Shown here one piece after another: positions 1 to 8,145 of a DNA stretch of 33,261 nt. Every line of letters starts with the position of its first letter. Within the stretch, counting starts at the first letter, position 1. Origin of the DNA: an uncultured Desulfovibrionaceae bacterium (GTDB taxonomy: Bacteria > Bacillota > Dethiobacteria > DTU022 > UBA8154); assembly GCA_964597455.1 (NCBI GenBank), contig CAZQXY010000003.1, positions 1-33,261 of the forward strand, read 5' to 3'. The translations under genes and the position numbers were made by a program. The notes under the pieces are model-generated. The model did no database searches, was not told where the DNA came from, and saw nothing but the letters and a program-made list of their open reading frames with translations.

Positions 1-608
1 AGGGCATCTACAAGTTTACCTATGTAACCGGTACCTCTCAAGATAAGCCCTTTCATATCTCCTGGTTGAGTTACCGGCTTCGATGTGGTAAGAATATTGT
101 TTACAGGAGAAGTATGCAGCGTAAGCATATGAATATCTTCCCATTCTTTAGGCATAAACTCTTTATAAAAATCTGCTGCAACGTGGTTTGCCACCCAGGC
201 ATTGGGGAATCCCAGGGGGAGATCAAGCACTTCGGTTACCGGAAACCTGCCAAAGGTATATCCGAGGTTTGAAAAGCCCATGTCCGCAATCCCTTCCACC
301 ACACCGTCATACATTTTATCAGCGCCAAGCAGCATGCCGCCCGGATAATATTCTATTTCCACTGCGCCCCCGGTTAACTCCCTTACATCGTCCGCAAATT
401 CCTGACCGATCACCCCCGGACCGCTTTCCCCGGGAAAATAATTTGCAAATCTTAAAGTCACCTTCTCCTGGCTAACGTCTGCCTCCGGTTTTGCTACCGA
501 TTCTGATCCTGTTTCAGGTCCAGGAGATGCAGGCTGTTCTCCTGAAGAACAACCTATTATTAAAGTGAGCATGAGAACGAGCGCTAATAACCAGCAATAC
601 CTTTTCAT
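1..608 (-). CDS. TRAP-type (DctP-family) solute-binding lipoprotein; the C-terminal part runs off the window
   Basis: Absent from the ORF track because it is open to position 1. Reverse-complement translation from the ATG at 608-606 reads MKRYCWLLALVLMLTLIIGCSSGEQ..., a signal peptide with an LIIGC lipobox. It continues ...VTLRFANYFPGESGPG...GRFPVTEVLDLPLGF...MKGLILRGTGY, which resembles DctP-type binding proteins. Confidence 0.7.
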   Translation of the reverse strand, partial: MKRYCWLLALVLMLTLIIGCSSGEQPASPGPETGSESVAKPEADVSQEKVTLRFANYFPGESGPGVIGQEFADDVRELTGGAVEIEYYPGGMLLGADKMYDGVVEGIADMGFSNLGYTFGRFPVTEVLDLPLGFPNAWVANHVAADFYKEFMPKEWEDIHMLTLHTSPVNNILTTSKPVTQPGDMKGLILRGTGYIGKLVDA

Positions 609-949
609 AATTAACAGTCGACCTCCATGTTATTGAATTTAACAACATTCATAATTTGCAAACTCCAACAAATAGTAAGACTAATTACAGGCTATCCGCC
701 CCCTTTCTATAAAAATAGACAAAACCCCCTTATCCTTTATCCGCCACATTTTTATATTATCCCATATTTCATCCAGTCCGTCAATAGAACATTCCAATGT
801 TTTCAACTAATAAAATATGTTTTACTCGCATCAACAAAGTATCTTTTAATTATATTGCGAATTATTAAACGACAGCTTCCCCACTTACCCTAAAAAAACC
901 CTTTACACTCGGCAATCAGGCCCCTGGGGTTATCCTTTAAGGTATTGTG

Positions 950-2671
950 CTACTCTATTGAAAGCAGGTAATAATAAAGAGGCTGACCGCCGTACTGCAA
1001 CTCTACCTCGAGAAAGGAATACTGTTCACCGAGTCGATCTGCAATTGCCCTGGCATCTCTGCCGGTGACATCCCGGCCATAAAACAGGGTCAGGACTTCA
1101 TCCTCCTCAGTCAATATTGACTTGATCAGCTCAGTTAGTGCCCCATTTATTGTACTCCCGCTGACCAGTAGATTACCGTTGCTGATGCCGATTATATCCC
1201 CCTTGTTTACGCTGATATTATTGACTGTTGCATTACGGGTGGCAAAAGTAATTTCACCAGTTTTTACCTGTATTGCCCGCTCACATATCCGGCGATAATT
1301 TTCTGCAAGTGTTTTTTTCTTATCCAGAGCAAGCAAAGCGGCAATACCCTGGGGTATACTCCTGGTATCAACAACCATGACTTCCTTATCTACCAATTCG
1401 GCAGCCTGCTGAGCAGAAAGTCTTATATTGCTGTTATTGGGAAGGACAATAATCTTTTCATTCGGCACATCTATAATAGCATCTACAATCTCCTTAACCG
1501 AAGGATTCATACTTTGGCCTCCGGAGATAATTTTATCTGTCCCGAGGCTGTTAAAAATAGCGGTGAGCCCTTCGCCGGAAGATACCGTTACCATACCAAT
1601 AGCAGCTTTTAAGTCCGGCTCTAACCCCTTTTTTATTGCATAACCGGTAGGTGCTTTATTAAGGCTTTCCTTCTTACCGGAGCTCCAATGGGTTTCCTTA
1701 TATTGATCAATCATATTTTCAATTTTAATGTCGTGAATACTGCCCTGTTCCAGGCATTTTTCCAGTATATTTCCAGGGTGTGCAGTGTGAATATGAACCT
1801 TTATCAACTCACCCCCGCCGGCAACAATGAGGGAATCACCGCATAACTCAAGAGATTTGCGTACCTCCTGCGAAGAAATGCCCTCTCCTTTAATGAGCAG
1901 TTCAGTGCAGTAGGGATAATTTGGATTGAATTCCTCCAAATTACGATTAATTCCATCTGCATCTTCTATTTTAACGGGCATCTCCAGAACCGGGATAGTT
2001 TCCTCAAGAATGTAAGATGCGCCCTCCTTTTCGGCGGTGCGTTTCAAAGTACTATGCAGGCACCCTTCAAGAAAAACGATCAATCCAAGCCCTCCGGCAT
2101 CAACCACCCCGGCTTCCTTTAATACAGGGAGAAGTTCAGGAGTCTGTTCAAGTGCTTTTCGCCCGCTATCAATAGCAATACGCAGCAAGCCGGAAAAATC
2201 CAGCGGGGTTTGCATCGCCCCCCGGCTGCCTTTGGCGATTTCTCTGGCTACCGTTAAAATCGTTCCTTCGACCGGGTTGCTAACAGCATTATAAGCATAG
2301 ACAATACCATACTGAAAAGCTTTTCCCAGCTCTGCAAGGCTGGCCTCGTCTTTACCGGCAAGTCCCCGGGCAATACCTCTGAACAGTTGAGATAGTATTA
2401 CCCCGGAATTACCCCTCGCTCCCATAAGCGAGCTGCGGGCAGTAATACCGGCAACTTCACCGATTGAATCAGAAGCTACCCCTTGGAGATCTTTCGCAGC
2501 AGCCGTCATAGTCAAACACATATTAGTACCGGTATCCCCATCCGGAACCGGATAGACATTCAGCTCATTAATAGATTCTTTATATAATTCAAAGTAATTG
2601 CAGGCTTCGAGGATCATATGGCGTAAATCATTGCCATCAAGAAATACATTCCCTTGTCTGGTTTTTGTCAT
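950..2671 (-). CDS. fakA: DAK2-domain protein of the YloV/FakA family (putative fatty-acid kinase ATP-binding subunit)
   Basis: Track ORF 950..2680. N-terminal Dak2 motif ...VYPVPDGDTGTNM.... It lies directly downstream of a DegV gene, the FakB-FakA arrangement. Preferred start is the ATG at 2671 (MTKTRQ...), 8 nt after GGAG. The track start at 2680 is a GTG inside the spacer. Confidence 0.8.
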   Translation of the reverse strand: MTKTRQGNVFLDGNDLRHMILEACNYFELYKESINELNVYPVPDGDTGTNMCLTMTAAAKDLQGVASDSIGEVAGITARSSLMGARGNSGVILSQLFRGIARGLAGKDEASLAELGKAFQYGIVYAYNAVSNPVEGTILTVAREIAKGSRGAMQTPLDFSGLLRIAIDSGRKALEQTPELLPVLKEAGVVDAGGLGLIVFLEGCLHSTLKRTAEKEGASYILEETIPVLEMPVKIEDADGINRNLEEFNPNYPYCTELLIKGEGISSQEVRKSLELCGDSLIVAGGGELIKVHIHTAHPGNILEKCLEQGSIHDIKIENMIDQYKETHWSSGKKESLNKAPTGYAIKKGLEPDLKAAIGMVTVSSGEGLTAIFNSLGTDKIISGGQSMNPSVKEIVDAIIDVPNEKIIVLPNNSNIRLSAQQAAELVDKEVMVVDTRSIPQGIAALLALDKKKTLAENYRRICERAIQVKTGEITFATRNATVNNISVNKGDIIGISNGNLLVSGSTINGALTELIKSILTEEDEVLTLFYGRDVTGRDARAIADRLGEQYSFLEVELQYGGQPLYYYLLSIE

Positions 2672-2700
2672 TGTGTACACTCCACATATTTTGTTATTAT

Positions 2701-3537
2701 TTAATGCTGCATATAAGCCAAACCTAAGACACCTGGCCCGGTATGAGTGCCTATTACGGGACTTAGTTCGTATTTTTCTACCTTCATACTCGGAAAACGC
2801 TCTGCCAAAAACTCCTCCATCATTTGGAGATGTACTGGAGAAGTCTCGGCAATTAAAATAGCTACCTGCAGCCCTTCCGCATTAGACGGCAACTCATCCA
2901 CTATTCTTCGCAAAGCTTTTTTCATCGTCCGTACCTTATCGAATACATCAACTTTTCCCCCGTTGAAATACAACACCGGCTTAATATTTAATAATGTTCC
3001 CAGCAGCGCCTGGGCGCCTCCGATACGGCCGCCTTTCCTTAAATATTCCAGAGTGTCTGGAACAAAGAGGATATGCGTTTTACTTTTTAATTTTTCCAGT
3101 GACGCAACGACCTCTTCCCGCGTTTTCCCCTCCTCAATAGCCCTCGCCGCATACAAGACCATCATGGCCATTCCGGCAGAAGTAAATTGGGAATCCACAA
3201 CGGAAATACGCGCCGGGTCTACCATTCTGGCAGCAGAATTTGCACTTTCAACCGTACCGCTGATACCCGCTGAAATATGAATACTGATTATTTCTTTTCC
3301 TTCTTTTATCAACTTTTCATAGACCTTTATAAAATCCCCCGGAGAAGGTTGTGATGTAAAAGGTAATTTTGAAGAGCTCCTCATCTTTTTAAAAAAAAGA
3401 GCATTACCAATAGATCCGTCTTCAAGAACCTCGTCCGGGAAATTTACATAAAGGGGCACTACTTCGATCCCGTGCTTCTCAATTTTTTCTTGAGGTATAT
3501 ATCCCGTTGAATCTGTTACCAAAGCAATCTGCACCAT
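2701..3537 (-). CDS. DegV-family fatty-acid-binding protein (FakB-like)
   Basis: 278 aa. Starts MVQIALVTDSTGYIP..., typical of DegV. AGGAGGAATAAT precedes the ATG. Only 20 nt separate it from the downstream DAK2 gene. Confidence 0.85.
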   Translation of the reverse strand: MVQIALVTDSTGYIPQEKIEKHGIEVVPLYVNFPDEVLEDGSIGNALFFKKMRSSSKLPFTSQPSPGDFIKVYEKLIKEGKEIISIHISAGISGTVESANSAARMVDPARISVVDSQFTSAGMAMMVLYAARAIEEGKTREEVVASLEKLKSKTHILFVPDTLEYLRKGGRIGGAQALLGTLLNIKPVLYFNGGKVDVFDKVRTMKKALRRIVDELPSNAEGLQVAILIAETSPVHLQMMEEFLAERFPSMKVEKYELSPVIGTHTGPGVLGLAYMQH

Positions 3538-3610
3538 AATTATTCCTCCTTAGCACCCGCCAAACAATAATAACGTTATTCTTTTTTCTGGGAGGGAATT
3601 CCTTCTTGCA

Positions 3611-4003
3611 TCATATTTTATCTTTTTTCCTATAAACCATTCCTTGAAAAATAGCAATCAGTTCGTTGTTATCATCGGTGATGTTAATTGCATAACTCGC
3701 AAGTTTCGGGTTAATTGATACCTCTTGTCCCTCGGCAAACAGGGTCCCGCCGGTAGCAGCTTTTATATATGATATGTTTGCGTTAATAGCCACAGAAATA
3801 TTTCCATGCGAATTTGATGCAAGTGCAAAAACCAGATCTGCAAGTGCAAAAATTGCCCCGCCATGAACAATGCCAAAGCTATTCAAATGGTGTTTTTTAA
3901 TATCCATTTTTGCTTTGGCTTTTCCTTCAGAAACTTCTAATAACTCAACACCAACATGATTGGAAAATTTATCCTCCTCGAAAAAACGTATCATATTTTC
4001 CAT
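3611..4003 (-). CDS. paaI: PaaI/YbgC-like hotdog-fold acyl-CoA thioesterase
   Basis: 130 aa with ...NSFGIVHGGAIFALADLVFA..., the PaaI-type hotdog motif. It lies immediately downstream of the phenylacetate-CoA ligase gene. Confidence 0.7.
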   Translation of the reverse strand: MENMIRFFEEDKFSNHVGVELLEVSEGKAKAKMDIKKHHLNSFGIVHGGAIFALADLVFALASNSHGNISVAINANISYIKAATGGTLFAEGQEVSINPKLASYAINITDDNNELIAIFQGMVYRKKDKI

Positions 4004-4195
4004 ATAACCAACCTTCTTTTATAAAATAGCTCTCATGCATAGGATGGCCGGTCAAACAATATCGACCGGCCAAAAAAGCAAATAAACAACTCCCGGTTAA
4101 ATAATTAACTGGTTATTATTATTCAACAATTATATTAGATAAACCTGCTAATTGAAAAAATTTTACTAGAAAAGTAGGCCTTAGAGTTAATTATT

Positions 4196-5515
4196 TCACT
4201 TTTTCCTCAGGTCTTTGAAGCGCTTTGCCTTAACTTCATAACGCGGCAGGGTACCAAAACCATGATACTCTATTTTGTATGCCAGATTGGTCTTCAACCG
4301 GAGCTGTCTGACCAGTTCCTGCTGTACCAATTCCTGGACGGCTTCGGCCCCCGGCGCCAACTCAACTTTAAGAGTAATAACATCGGTATCACCTTTTTTA
4401 CTGACGATCAGCTCATACTCATCGCCCAGCTCAGGCATGGCCCGAACCACTTCTTCCACAGATACAGGGCTGAATAATACCCCTTTAACTTTCGTAATAT
4501 GATCCACACGTCCGTGTATACCGCCCTTCAATACCCTGAAAGTCCGTCCACAGGCACAGGGTTCCCCCCACATACCCACATCTTTGGAATCAAATCTTAT
4601 ACAGGGTTGAGCCTCACGATCAAATGCGGTAATAATAATTTTACCGGGCTTGTTGGGTTCCTCAATTGGTTCGCCGCTTTCAATATCGACCAGTTCCACC
4701 AGATAAAAGGCTTCATTTGCATGTATGCCACCCGGCTGCGATGAGCACTCGTAAGCCCACCCACCAATTTCCGTAGCTCCGACATGATCATATACCTTTG
4801 CACCCCATGCTTCTTCCATGCGCTTTTTTGTAGCCGGTACACTTGCTCCGGGTTCTCCGGCACAAAGAATTTTCGTAATTCCCAAATCGTTGGGATCAAT
4901 TTTAAGTTTATTACGGCAGGTTTCGGCCATGCTTAAGACATAAGTAGGGGTAGCCATTAAAGCGGTAGCTTTCAGCTCCTTGATTTTAAGCAGCCTTTCT
5001 TCGGTGTTGAGTATGCCTCCGGGAATAACCTCACATCCAATTTTCTCACATGCATAATGGCCTGCCCAATAAGCCACAAATACATTATAGCCAAAAGGAA
5101 TAAAGACGCGGTCTGTGTTTCTAAAACCCTGGGCCCAGAGAATATATGACCAACATTCACTCCACCAATCCCAATCCTGCCAGGTATCAGGCTGGTATAC
5201 GGGTTGACCGGTGGTACCGCTGGTCTGGTGGTATTCTGTAACCTTTTCCAAAGGAACACAAAGACTGTCTCCATAAGGATAAGGTTCCTTCGCCTGGGCT
5301 GTGCGATAATCTTCTTTTTGTAACGTTGGTACTTTAATAATATCTTCCCATGTTTTTAGATCTTCCGGTTCGAAGCCGGCTGCATCGTAAAGACGACGGT
5401 ATAATCTGGAGTTTTCATAACCCCAATTTACTACCCGTTTGAATTTCTTAAATTGGAAATCTCTTAGTTCGTCCCTTGAAAGTGTCTCCAAAACAGGGTT
5501 CCAGTATTTATCCAT
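4196..5515 (-). CDS. paaK: Phenylacetate-CoA ligase family protein (PaaK / coenzyme F390 synthetase-like)
   Basis: Track ORF 4196..5527. Motifs: HQTSGTTGQPVYQP (adenylation P-loop), GEPGAS, and a C-terminal ACT-like tail. Length of about 440 aa is typical of PaaK. Start most likely the ATG at 5515 (MDKYWNPV...). The TTG at 5527 abuts the GAGGAG Shine-Dalgarno (SD). Confidence 0.85.
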   Translation of the reverse strand: MDKYWNPVLETLSRDELRDFQFKKFKRVVNWGYENSRLYRRLYDAAGFEPEDLKTWEDIIKVPTLQKEDYRTAQAKEPYPYGDSLCVPLEKVTEYHQTSGTTGQPVYQPDTWQDWDWWSECWSYILWAQGFRNTDRVFIPFGYNVFVAYWAGHYACEKIGCEVIPGGILNTEERLLKIKELKATALMATPTYVLSMAETCRNKLKIDPNDLGITKILCAGEPGASVPATKKRMEEAWGAKVYDHVGATEIGGWAYECSSQPGGIHANEAFYLVELVDIESGEPIEEPNKPGKIIITAFDREAQPCIRFDSKDVGMWGEPCACGRTFRVLKGGIHGRVDHITKVKGVLFSPVSVEEVVRAMPELGDEYELIVSKKGDTDVITLKVELAPGAEAVQELVQQELVRQLRLKTNLAYKIEYHGFGTLPRYEVKAKRFKDLRKK

Positions 5516-5603
5516 GCCTTTTAGCAACTCCTCTCAATTATCCGGGTTCCTGCTCCTATAAAAATAGGTAATGAAAAAAATCAAATAACTCTTTTAAATA
5601 AAG

Positions 5604-5666
5604 GGACAATTCTTTTTAGGACAATTCTTTTTAGGACAATTCTTTTTAGGACAATTCTTTTTAGGA
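5604..5666. repeat. Perfect tandem direct repeat, 4 x 15 bp (GGACAATTCTTTTTA) plus a partial fifth unit (GGA)
   Basis: Read directly. The GG dinucleotides fall at 5604, 5619, 5634, 5649 and 5664. The array lies between the Zn-ADH stop (5749) and the paaK start (5515), just upstream of a possible TTGATT -35 box for paaK. Confidence 0.95.
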
Positions 5667-5667
5667 A

Positions 5668-5702
5668 ATATGCCGGCCGATTAATCGACCGGCATATTTT
5701 TT
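5668..5702. terminator. GC-rich hairpin (ATATGCCGG-N12-CCGGCATAT) with a T-run on the plus-strand side; probable transcript end or insulator after the crotonase-ADH operon
   Basis: 9-bp outer stem, extendable through CGAT/ATCG with one mismatch. TTTTT(T) follows on the plus strand. On the minus strand, where the upstream gene lies, only a short UUU follows, so function as a minus-strand terminator is uncertain. Confidence 0.45.
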
Positions 5703-5748
5703 GTTGCTGCATAGTATTGCTGGAAATCTTGCCTTTAAAAAAGTTACT

Positions 5749-6816
5749 CTAGAAATCCGGAATTAACACTACCCGCTTCATTAACTTACCGGAGTGAGAA
5801 TCTTTAAAAGCATCTTCAATTTGACTCATCGGGCGAAATTCAATAAACGGTTCGATCTGAATTTTTCCCTCAAGAACCATTTTTAATACATCATTATAAT
5901 ACTTGGGCAGGCAGCCCCAGGTTCCAATAATTTCTGCATCGAAGGCCATCAATCGGGATAACATATATTCCACCTTTTTCATACCGTAACCGACTATAAC
6001 CATTTTTCCAACAAATGACAGCAACTCAAGCCCAATCTCCTGCCCTGCCGGAGAACCGGTGCATTCAAAAATTTTCCACCCGTACCCCGGAAGTTTCTTT
6101 TCTTTACTGTAAGCTCTGAATTCATCTCTGATTTCTTTTGTGCTTTTATCAAGAGTACTGAGCGCATAAGTAGCGCCATAATTTAATGAACGCTCTAACT
6201 TCTCCTTATTCCTGGCAATGGCTATTACTTCTTTGGCTCCCATGGCTGCGGCAATCTGCGTCATATATACTCCAATGCCGCCGGTAGCACCGATAACTAC
6301 AACATGATCCCCTTCCTGAATATCACCGCGAATAGCAGCCTGATAAGGTGATGTTATGGCATCAGCAACCACTGCGAAATTCTCCAGGGCCATCCCCTTA
6401 CGGTCTTCAACAAAACAAAGGTCTGCAGAAGGTACAGGAATATGAGTGGCAAAACCGCCGTATATGCCCATGCTGTTGCCGGGCATTTTTTGTTTCAGGC
6501 AACGGTTGCCCCGTCCCGATGCACAGATTTCGCAATTATTGCAAGGCATTACCGCCGGGATGATTACTTCTTTACCAATTAATTTTTCATCGCCTGCTAC
6601 AATGCGACCACTAACTTCATGGCCCAGTGTAAGCGGGGGCTTGTTTACAGTCGGCACCCCATCATAGAAATAACCGACATCAGTATGACATACCCCGCAT
6701 CCTGCCACTTCTACCAGAACCTCTCCAGGTTGCAGCTCCGGTACATCAATACTGGTTTTCTCCAACTTGCCGGGTTCGACCATTTGCCAGGTTTGAATTT
6801 TTTCCGGTACAGCCAT
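5749..6816 (-). CDS. Zn-dependent medium-chain alcohol/hydroxyacyl dehydrogenase (MDR family)
   Basis: Track ORF 5749..6870. Motifs: GCGVCHTD (catalytic Zn), CNNCEICASGRGNRC (structural Zn) and VIGATGGIG (NAD fold). Preferred start is the ATG at 6816 (MAVPEK...), preceded by AAGGAGGTAATCATA. The longer track start would overlap the crotonase gene. Confidence 0.85.
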   Translation of the reverse strand: MAVPEKIQTWQMVEPGKLEKTSIDVPELQPGEVLVEVAGCGVCHTDVGYFYDGVPTVNKPPLTLGHEVSGRIVAGDEKLIGKEVIIPAVMPCNNCEICASGRGNRCLKQKMPGNSMGIYGGFATHIPVPSADLCFVEDRKGMALENFAVVADAITSPYQAAIRGDIQEGDHVVVIGATGGIGVYMTQIAAAMGAKEVIAIARNKEKLERSLNYGATYALSTLDKSTKEIRDEFRAYSKEKKLPGYGWKIFECTGSPAGQEIGLELLSFVGKMVIVGYGMKKVEYMLSRLMAFDAEIIGTWGCLPKYYNDVLKMVLEGKIQIEPFIEFRPMSQIEDAFKDSHSGKLMKRVVLIPDF

Positions 6817-6854
6817 TATGATTACCTCCTTGTTTTCTGTAAAAAATCGGATTG

Positions 6855-7619
6855 CTATTTTCCTTTCCACACAGGTTTGCGTTTTTCCGTAAAGGCATTT
6901 AACCCTTCCACAGCGTCTTCGGTTTGCATAAGCTCATTCAGGTAAATATCATCAATAGCTTTTATCCCATCCTTAAAGCTCTTCCTCTGCCCGGCCAGCG
7001 CCGCCTTTTTGGTCAGCGCTAAAACCACAGGACTTTGCACTGCAAATTTCTTTAAAAACTCACTGCAACCATTGGCGAAATCATCGGCAGGAACAACCTT
7101 ATTCACCAGGCCCATCTGCTCGGCACGTGCGGCACTGATAACCTCCCCGCTTAACAGGAGCTCCAATGCTCTGGGCCAGGAAGTCAATTTCGGCAAAAGG
7201 TAACAGGCAATTGGAGGTAAAACACCGACGTTAATCTCCGGCTGCCCCAGTTTGGCCTTTTCTGAGGCCACTACCAGGTCACAGGCAAGAACGAGCTCGT
7301 ATCCGCCACCCAGAGCAGCACCATTTACCAGACCAACGATTGGTTTTTCTACCTCAAACATGGCAATAAAAAGCCTGTCGAATACATCGATCATTTGTCC
7401 TACCTTGTCCGGAGTATGGTCGGCCACGTCCACGCCGGCGGAAAAGGCTTTTCCTTCCGCATCCAAAACAACTATTGAGCCGGATTCCCCCTGCGCCCAA
7501 TTAAACGCCTTTACCATCTCTTCCATCATGGCAATGGTTAAAACGTTCAGTGGAGGACGGTTCAAAGTAATACGCACTATTCCGCCCTCGTTTTTCGTTT
7601 TCAGATATTCATAAGACAA
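6855..7619 (-). CDS. Enoyl-CoA hydratase/isomerase (crotonase) family protein
   Basis: Track ORF 6855..7664. Motifs: GKAFSAGVDV (oxyanion hole), GAALGGGYELVLACD, GQPEINVGV, and C-terminal EDAVEGLNAFTEKRKPVW. The TTG at 7619 has GGGGGG 6 nt upstream. The ATG at 7664 has its SD directly abutting, so the start is ambiguous. Confidence 0.85.
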   Translation of the reverse strand: MSYEYLKTKNEGGIVRITLNRPPLNVLTIAMMEEMVKAFNWAQGESGSIVVLDAEGKAFSAGVDVADHTPDKVGQMIDVFDRLFIAMFEVEKPIVGLVNGAALGGGYELVLACDLVVASEKAKLGQPEINVGVLPPIACYLLPKLTSWPRALELLLSGEVISAARAEQMGLVNKVVPADDFANGCSEFLKKFAVQSPVVLALTKKAALAGQRKSFKDGIKAIDDIYLNELMQTEDAVEGLNAFTEKRKPVWKGK

Positions 7620-7968
7620 ATAAATCCCCCCTTTTCTTACAAGATAAACCCGTTGTTCAACCATTCCTTCTGTTTTAACTAGAGTAAAAATATCCTCAAA
7701 TCAAATAAGTATTATCTTGCCTAAGCAATTGATATGTTATACTGATACTAAAGGCATCTATAATAGTAGATAAAAATTGATAAACAGTATTAATGGTCAT
7801 ACAAAAGCAACAGAAATATCTCACCTCCTTTACCCGTTATCCAGGTATCCGGTATCCAGGGACAATATCCTTATAATTTTTAAAATACCTTCCGAATCCC
7901 CCTTTCTTACTTCACTAACAGATTATAGATTATATTATAAAACATTCCTTCCAACCGTTTGATTGGCC

Positions 7969-8000
7969 ATATTATATTATAATTAGCCATAATATAATAT
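7969..8000. promoter_or_regulatory. Perfect 12-bp inverted repeat ATATTATATTAT-N8-ATAATATAATAT in the 480-bp region upstream of the crotonase-ADH operon; candidate operator
   Basis: Read directly: left arm 7969-7980, right arm 7989-8000, exact reverse complements. The all-A/T composition raises the chance expectation. Confidence 0.35.
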
Positions 8001-8145
8001 ATCATATCATAGATGAAAAATAAAATCTACACCCAAGCTATCACAGGTTATAGCAATAATCCCGACCACGGATAGTCAAAACAAGAGCCCCTATCTTAAC
8101 GGTATTATTATTATTAACTGCTCATCCCCACATGTAAATATAATT

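Noticed and set aside
627-893. 88-aa plus-strand ORF in the spacer between the TRAP binding-protein gene and the DAK2 gene; also the 61-aa ORF at 7777-7962 and the 64-aa ORF at 22477-22671
   Set aside because: They have no SD, their composition is biased toward Ile/Leu/Pro/Tyr, and they have no recognisable motifs. The last one overlaps the tsf 3' end and its terminator. They are most likely non-coding promoter/terminator DNA.
3569-3580. Perfect 12-bp palindrome AATAACGTTATT about 30 nt upstream of the DegV start
   Set aside because: A short A/T-dominated palindrome in an AT-rich spacer is plausibly chance. No partner regulator or second copy is seen in the window. It is too weak as an RNA hairpin to act as the paaI terminator.
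4046-4077. Hairpin GGCCGGTC-N10-GACCGGCC plus an A6 run between paaK and paaI, considered as the paaK terminator
   Set aside because: On the transcribed (minus) strand the U-run precedes the stem rather than following it. On the plus strand the stem is followed by A residues. It is therefore not a canonical intrinsic terminator in either direction. It is kept only as part of the shared-hairpin observation.
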